Virus record (IMG/VR): IMGVR_UViG_3300045988_057942
Length of the DNA stretch: 64,000 nucleotides
From: a virus
Reading direction: 5' to 3' (one strand)
Below, in pieces: positions 59,401 to 64,000 of this stretch (within the stretch, counting starts at the first letter, position 1; every line of letters begins with the position of its first letter). The position numbers were made by a program, and so were the translations under genes. The notes under the pieces are model-generated. The model was not told the DNA's origin. It searched no databases and saw only the letters and a program-made list of their open reading frames with translations.

Positions 59401-61000
59401 ATTAGTATATAATGATAATAGAGTTATTATGAATGAAGGAGATTATAGATTATATTCACCTGATAATACTCCTTATTATTATATTGATGATACACATCCT
59501 TGTTGGTTTGATAAACCTTTTGTTGAATATATTCAATTTCCTCTTTATAGCGATAAGTTCTTTGAAAGTAAATGTTTTAATAATGAACCTAGTAAAATAG
59601 CATTTAGTATTAAAGAAGAAACTGATACAAAAAGTGTTGCATTTGGTACGTTTGTAGAACCTAAAAATAGTGTTGATTTATTTAAAGACCCTATTGGTAA
59701 TGTTGACCAATTTGTTCCTAAGTTATTAACTCAATATCGTAATGATATTATTAATATTACTCGTTTTGATAAAACTATAAGACGTAGTAATATTATTCAA
59801 GATGAAAGTGAAGTTAATGCTTGGAGAGTATTTCCTATTGAAGGTTATAAAAATATTACTGAAAATAAAGGAATAATTACTAATCTTGTTGGTATTGGAT
59901 ATTACTTATTAGTACATACTCAACATAGTATGTTTATGTTTGATATTAGTGCTGCACTTAAAACTAGAGATGAAAATGTACAACTTTATCAACCTGATGC
60001 TTTTGAAGTTGATTATAAAGAAGTCTTTACTAGCGATAAAGGATATGGTGGATTGCAAGATGATTTAGCATATATAGTTGGAGAATTTGGTTATATATTC
60101 TATAATAATGATTTTCATGCTCTTTATCAATTTGATGATGGACAACTTAAATTAATGTATGAAGATATAAAGTTATGGTTAGATAAGTATCGTCCTAATA
60201 ATGTTAGATTTGCTCATGATAAATATAATAATCGTATTTTAATTAAGTTTGATTATACATATAATAATATAAATCCTGTTAGCAAAGCTATTATTGAAGA
60301 AGTTCATAATGAAGTAATAAGTTTTAATTATAAAGTTGGTAACTTTATTAGTTTACATGATTATTACTTTAATAATGCTTGGTCAACTAAAACTAAATGT
60401 TATTTTCAAACTGAACATAATAATGATAGACTTAATTGTCCTCTTCATGTGTTTACTAATGAATATAATTATGGTAGATTTAATACTCATATGGGAGATG
60501 ATAGTAATAGTCTTTATATGATTTCAAGACAAGAAGTTGGTGAAGAACCAGAACTTGTTTATAATAGTTATATTGATATTATTATTAATGAATCTTATGA
60601 ACTTATTAAGTTTCTTGAATTTATTAAATATAAAGTACGCAAAATATATATTCCTTTCTATAGTGATAATACTAATAATCCTATAGATTTAAGAGAACAT
60701 CCTTATGCTGGAGATATACTTCGTATATTTAATGAAGATAATGATACTGATGATATTGATATTAATATTGATAAACTTAATAAGTTTAATGCTTATAAAA
60801 AACCTTGGTATGAACTAACTCAATATAACTTTAATTATTTTCGTAATACTATTAATAAACATCCTAATTCTCCAAGTGATAAACTTCGTAGAGTTTATGG
60901 TAATTATTTTATAGTTCGTTTCATATTTAATAATACAGATAATAAGCGCATTGAATTTGAAAGTCTTGAATGTGCTCAAACCCAATTTAGAAAATTATGA
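56489..61000 (+). CDS. Very large virion/tail protein (1503 aa). No RNAP DxDGD motif was found.
   Basis: Uninterrupted 4.5 kb ORF. Confidence 0.75.
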   Translation: MNIQKKLSLNKHPGDCVPYSLIAAKNVKVSNDDRMIVNEEGLEDCKAIANAIHEDGINNFKIVGVIPTSTELILFVINVDNNESYIYRYNEESSSCYRANSNWKYNGGKIKGTYTYNVKNHLIIAVAESDASVDVPLKTINIDLDSGSPDTEMSIIPQVTLPTVSNLNYVSGAAYKGFYFMFIRYKIDKTNYTKWYSIGFPIFNDVIIPQVINKVCFRKEFVYDPKDDPNGYCYGNSDSFSDSKDICNQTFEVSITGGRSGLYQLGLIICKKDSTQAFRTDDLNSNIFKFSRDVLVEYNIADLTTDYYNYYNVGNIINYKNRIYIANYDEKSDNDNRTLSDGKTLEESVNDIVIKLRNKSVNAYYNSYNVVHAVSEKGPYFKMASLGFTGTVDYEIADYTKLFNNNQYPFRTFKTLLNETVIQGIAAHEYLKVNYNTVIKVGSKGGANIKEYLACNCFIIPTSYKYENNISSYSLPSEVKIVCYTYNGVGFTEDAVFTSGVIIFGTAQFDIDNCKMRITHSVIDPSYDFNERKKNDTLIPGEVYNFFIHFVDKYGDASRGYKLSNKDKYINDVINDNSHCTIITVDWINGTAGTIPYWVVISGTIPISSISSNVKQYIADSKIVVYTAEPINNPLTNILLNSAGELEATNRDDLYTLISNYFIDYQDKDKYNDLYVYQVINSGSYTPTSNQIIYGNYDNEAKFGYYENINGDELFRIPDLIFKSESIGGEHTRGFVYNMNDTFNKFYINVNIDNNLWNKIKELGYVGWFVSYEKVEPITRYTGLLTRKDFANIASNVTWQESNYAAKPGFVSNNYTSDKCYLYSGRFDIDDTIKYDFNIIRIDGKCTFEPFREKSDVVDMVVNTTYPYSYNMPVIGVISRNVYKPINNYKLVVADSIADDRAGKGTALEMDDYKELSLDAETMFLATVLNCTRNIYINKEKELIRLNDVRYSSGTYSIEHGYNGRMTYDGVLVYNDNRVIMNEGDYRLYSPDNTPYYYIDDTHPCWFDKPFVEYIQFPLYSDKFFESKCFNNEPSKIAFSIKEETDTKSVAFGTFVEPKNSVDLFKDPIGNVDQFVPKLLTQYRNDIINITRFDKTIRRSNIIQDESEVNAWRVFPIEGYKNITENKGIITNLVGIGYYLLVHTQHSMFMFDISAALKTRDENVQLYQPDAFEVDYKEVFTSDKGYGGLQDDLAYIVGEFGYIFYNNDFHALYQFDDGQLKLMYEDIKLWLDKYRPNNVRFAHDKYNNRILIKFDYTYNNINPVSKAIIEEVHNEVISFNYKVGNFISLHDYYFNNAWSTKTKCYFQTEHNNDRLNCPLHVFTNEYNYGRFNTHMGDDSNSLYMISRQEVGEEPELVYNSYIDIIINESYELIKFLEFIKYKVRKIYIPFYSDNTNNPIDLREHPYAGDILRIFNEDNDTDDIDINIDKLNKFNAYKKPWYELTQYNFNYFRNTINKHPNSPSDKLRRVYGNYFIVRFIFNNTDNKRIEFESLECAQTQFRKL

Positions 61001-61791
61001 TACAGTACAAAGATAGACAAAGACAAAAAGCATTTATTGGTGCTATTATTGGTGCTGCTGCTAGTATAGCTGGTGGTATAATTAAAGGTAATAAACAAAA
61101 GAAAGCTCAAGAAAAGGCTCAAGCAGAAGCTCAAGCTGCACAAGACCATAAAGATGCTTTACAAAATGCTCAAGCTTTAACTAGTGCTTATTCTAATCAA
61201 GATTATGTTAATCAATATAATGATAAACTTACCCTTAAATGTGGTGGAAGAATTAGACGTAAAGCTAATTTTGGTACAGAACTTGTTCAAGCTCTTCCTG
61301 GTTTGGGAAGTCTTGCAAGTTCTGTTACTGGTGTAGAAGGACTTGATAAATTAGGTGCTACTATAGGGCAAGGCATTAATGCTAATCAACAAATTAATGA
61401 AAATAAACGTATTGCTCAAGAAGCTGAGAAACGTAAGCAACTTCAATCAGGTCAACAACAACTTAATATTACTTCTAATGCAATGACTAATCCAATGACT
61501 ATGTATCAACGTTCTAGCTTTATTAATAAATATAAATGCGGTGGACGTAGAAAAGCTTGGATTGGTGCTGCCATTGGAGCTGCTGGAAGTCTAATTGGTG
61601 GTATGCTTGGAAACAAAGGTAAAGAACCTATTCAAGTTAAACAAGACGAACAATCTGTTTATAGTGCTCCTAAAACTGGTCTTGAACGTCCTGAATGGAT
61701 TACTAATGGTATTAATCAACAGTCTGTTATGCCTCCATCGGTTTACAGAGATAGACTGAAAACATATCGGTATGGCGGACGTAGACGTTAA
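60997..61791 (+). CDS. Gly-rich protein (264 aa) with three copies of a CGGRxRRKA-like motif (KCGGRIRRKA, KCGGRRKAW, RYGGRRR) and internal duplication.
   Basis: Repeats read in the translation. Confidence 0.6.
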   Translation: MIQYKDRQRQKAFIGAIIGAAASIAGGIIKGNKQKKAQEKAQAEAQAAQDHKDALQNAQALTSAYSNQDYVNQYNDKLTLKCGGRIRRKANFGTELVQALPGLGSLASSVTGVEGLDKLGATIGQGINANQQINENKRIAQEAEKRKQLQSGQQQLNITSNAMTNPMTMYQRSSFINKYKCGGRRKAWIGAAIGAAGSLIGGMLGNKGKEPIQVKQDEQSVYSAPKTGLERPEWITNGINQQSVMPPSVYRDRLKTYRYGGRRR

Positions 61792-61870
61792 TCTTTTGCC
61801 CTCTGTTGGATTATTACATATAAGTATGAACTATTAATCGAATTATATGTTATCGTTCAACAGAGAGCCT
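61792..61870. repeat. Intergenic stem-loop element, copy B (CTCTGTTG...CAACAGAG arms). See copy A at 10723-10805.
   Basis: Shared sequence blocks with copy A, read directly. Confidence 0.6.
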
Positions 61871-61912
61871 TAAAATCAATAAAATATTAATTTCTCATTA
61901 TATTATATAACA

Positions 61913-64000
61913 ATGCCTAGAAAAAATAAAACTATTCATATAAGTGACATGCCTAGTGAATTTAAAGGTACAGTTACTAAAGATGGCAGATTTATTAAAA
62001 GTGGTATTCCTCCACTTGGTGGAGTTTATGATAAAGTAGCTAAAACTACCGGATTAATAAGACTTGGTAATGAATTTCTTTATAATGGTATTAATAATTT
62101 AATACCTAGAAATGATAGAGAACAATTAATGGATAATACTGCCGGTAGACTTGTTGATTATGTTAAGAATTTTAATAAAGAATCTTTTCCTAATGATGAA
62201 GACCTTGGACCAACTTTTCCATTTAATATTATTCAAACTCCTAGAACTAATGGAAGAAATATCCCACAAAAACAATATGCTACTGGTGGAAAAGTTCCTA
62301 ATGTAGTTGATGGTGGTATTGCTCATCCTCTTGGTAATAATTTCTTTTATATGAATGGAAGAAAACATAGTCAAGGTGGTATTGATATTGGTCCTAGTGA
62401 TAAAACTGGTATTGAAGTAGAAGATGGTGAAATTGTAGAAACTAATGGTGATGAACTTAAAGTTTATTCTGCTCAACCAATTATTAACGGAGTTAGTCCT
62501 GCTAAATTAGTTATGGGTGGAGCTAATCCTAATAAAGTATTTAAAGCTCAAGAAGATTTTAAAGATAGAAATAAAATTAATGATGATGGTACTATAAAAG
62601 CTATGGGTGGTTTAAGCAGAGATAAAGATTATGGTTCTAAAAAGAAACCTTATCCTAGTGTAGCTAAAAAAGATTTTGCTGGAGGACATAGAAGTTATCC
62701 TATTCCTACTAAAGCTGATGCTATTGATGCTTTAAGATTAGCTGGATTACATGGAAGAAGTGATGTTAAAGCTAAAGTCTATAATAAATATCCTGAACTT
62801 AGAAAGAAAGGTAGTAATGGATTGATTGTTAGTATTAGTGGTAATGTTAAGAATGGATTACTTCATTCTCCATCCTCTACGGGGGGTCGGCACGACAAAC
62901 TTAGGGATGGTGGAAAACGTATTAATCGTCATGGTAGAACTTGGGAATATGATGAAGATAACGGATATTATATTCCAATAACTGATAGAACTATTACTAG
63001 AACAAGTTCATATCCTATTGATAAATCTGCTAGAGGTGAAACTGTTTCTGGTTCTGAATATACATTTAGAAATGGAAGATGGCATAAAAATAAATCTAAT
63101 ACTTCTAATGATAATCCTACTAAAAATTCTGAAGTAGATAATGGAAATCGTCGTCCTCAATATTATGCAGAACGCGAACTTCCCTTATTTGATGATGGAC
63201 CTGCTATTACTAGCGGTCTTGTTAGAGCTGGTTGGAGTCATAGTAATAATAAAAATATAACTGTTGATAATACTAATATTCCAAATTTGCCTGCTACTAA
63301 ATCTAAAGGGAATACCCCCCGTAGAGGAAGGAATAAGTCAAGTCAATCAGTTCAATCTAGTTCTACTAAAACTCCTCCTACTGCTACTTATAATCGTAAT
63401 CTTCCTACTATAGAAGCTAGTATTCCTACTACTTTACCTGTTTCTACTAGTACTCCTGCTAAACAATCTAGTCAATCTGATGGTAAAGGTCAAGGTAAAT
63501 TTAAAAACATTACTACTGCTGATTGGATAGGTCTTGGTAGTAATATTGCTGGAGGATTAGGTAGTTATTTTGCAAGTAAACGAGCTATTAATAAAATGAG
63601 AGGTCCTGGCAGACCTACTCTTATTAGTGCTAATAAACTTAAAACTAAATATAATATTAATCCTCAACTTGATAGAATTAGAGAAGATAAATTTGAAGCT
63701 TATCGTGATATTGATTCTAATACTGCTAGTAGTCGTGTAGGTTTAGCTCGTAAACAAAGAGTTCGTAATGCTGCTGGTCAAGCTGTTAATCAACTTTATG
63801 GTGAAAAAGAAAATATTGAAACTAATCTTATTAATCAAGATAGACGTAATCAACAAAGTGTACGTCAATTTAATGCTCAACAATACAATCAATATATAGA
63901 TAGAAAAACAGCATTTGATAATGGTATTAGAGAAGCTAAACTTACTAATGTAAATAATTTATTTACTGGAATTAATGCTGGTATTCAAGATATGATTAGT
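61913..64000 (+). CDS. Large structural protein, 5'-partial in window (more than 695 aa; continues beyond the window). Basic/Gly-rich. Contains two in-frame GC-motif copies (PSSTGGRHD; NTPRRGRNK).
   Basis: Open frame from the ATG at ~61913 to the end of the window. Confidence 0.7.
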   Translation, partial: MPRKNKTIHISDMPSEFKGTVTKDGRFIKSGIPPLGGVYDKVAKTTGLIRLGNEFLYNGINNLIPRNDREQLMDNTAGRLVDYVKNFNKESFPNDEDLGPTFPFNIIQTPRTNGRNIPQKQYATGGKVPNVVDGGIAHPLGNNFFYMNGRKHSQGGIDIGPSDKTGIEVEDGEIVETNGDELKVYSAQPIINGVSPAKLVMGGANPNKVFKAQEDFKDRNKINDDGTIKAMGGLSRDKDYGSKKKPYPSVAKKDFAGGHRSYPIPTKADAIDALRLAGLHGRSDVKAKVYNKYPELRKKGSNGLIVSISGNVKNGLLHSPSSTGGRHDKLRDGGKRINRHGRTWEYDEDNGYYIPITDRTITRTSSYPIDKSARGETVSGSEYTFRNGRWHKNKSNTSNDNPTKNSEVDNGNRRPQYYAERELPLFDDGPAITSGLVRAGWSHSNNKNITVDNTNIPNLPATKSKGNTPRRGRNKSSQSVQSSSTKTPPTATYNRNLPTIEASIPTTLPVSTSTPAKQSSQSDGKGQGKFKNITTADWIGLGSNIAGGLGSYFASKRAINKMRGPGRPTLISANKLKTKYNINPQLDRIREDKFEAYRDIDSNTASSRVGLARKQRVRNAAGQAVNQLYGEKENIETNLINQDRRNQQSVRQFNAQQYNQYIDRKTAFDNGIREAKLTNVNNLFTGINAGIQDMIS
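62870..62896 (+). repeat. GC-motif copy (PSSTGGRHD).
   Basis: Read directly. Confidence 0.7.
63312..63332 (-). repeat. GC-motif copy, reverse orientation, variant (NTPRRGRN).
   Basis: Read directly. Confidence 0.65.

Noticed and set aside
4089-63332. GC motif copies as a CRISPR array or host CRISPR repeat
   Set aside because: Copies are separated by kilobases with irregular spacing. They occur in both orientations and lie inside ORFs. There is no repeat-spacer periodicity.
1-64000. Alternative genetic code (TAG or TGA reassignment) as seen in some crAss-like lineages
   Set aside because: Long contiguous ORFs with standard stops tile the whole window. Gene boundaries are tight under the standard code.

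Overview
This is a 64 kb segment of an AT-rich (~30% GC) dsDNA phage genome. It looks like a crAss-like podovirus of a Bacteroidetes host: AT-rich codons, TAnnTTTG-type promoter -7 boxes, GH108 endolysin, a BACON/Ig-like repeat protein. Coordinates computed by hand may be off by 1-2 nt.

Layout: 1-16.9 kb is a minus-strand block. It holds a family-B DNA polymerase, an SF1B Dda/Pif1-like helicase, an SSB-like protein, a possible UDG-like gene, and many small hypothetical genes; some of these have conserved promoter-like repeats and palindromic operators. 16.9-17.4 kb is a divergent strand-switch region with AT repeats and GC-rich elements. 17.4-64 kb is a plus-strand block. It holds early-looking small genes, a PD-(D/E)xK nuclease-like gene, a lysis cassette (lipoprotein, GH108 endolysin, overlapping spanin-like genes), candidate terminase large subunit, portal and major capsid protein, tail-fibre genes with tandem repeats, and several intrinsic terminators.

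Two stand-out systems:
(1) A complete diversity-generating retroelement. Target gene 50468-51928 has its variable repeat at the 3' end (51803-51907). An 18-bp-stem hairpin follows. The template repeat is at 52073-52177 and differs from the variable repeat only at 22 template-repeat adenines. A DGR-type reverse transcriptase (IGxxxSQ, YADD) sits at 52328-53278. The RT gene ends at a dnaX-like A_AAA_AAG slippery site that could join it by a -1 frameshift to the downstream ORF.
(2) About 20 copies of a 17-25 nt GC-rich motif (CATCCTCYACGGGGRGT and its reverse complement), found in both orientations across the genome. Most sit in-frame inside coding genes, including the DNA polymerase. Some occur as inverted pairs that flank in-frame protein insertions. 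Some carry extra GC hairpins, including a shared 23-mer with a GAAA tetraloop. This looks like a family of miniature GC-cluster mobile elements or protein-recognition sites, which I cannot place in any described system.

Other notes: an ORF-less, repeat-rich 1.2 kb region (13.1-14.3 kb) with frameshifted Cys/Gly-rich coding remnants; an 85-nt stem-loop element present twice; one repeat unit in the Ig-like repeat protein with foreign codon usage. The standard genetic code appears to be used.
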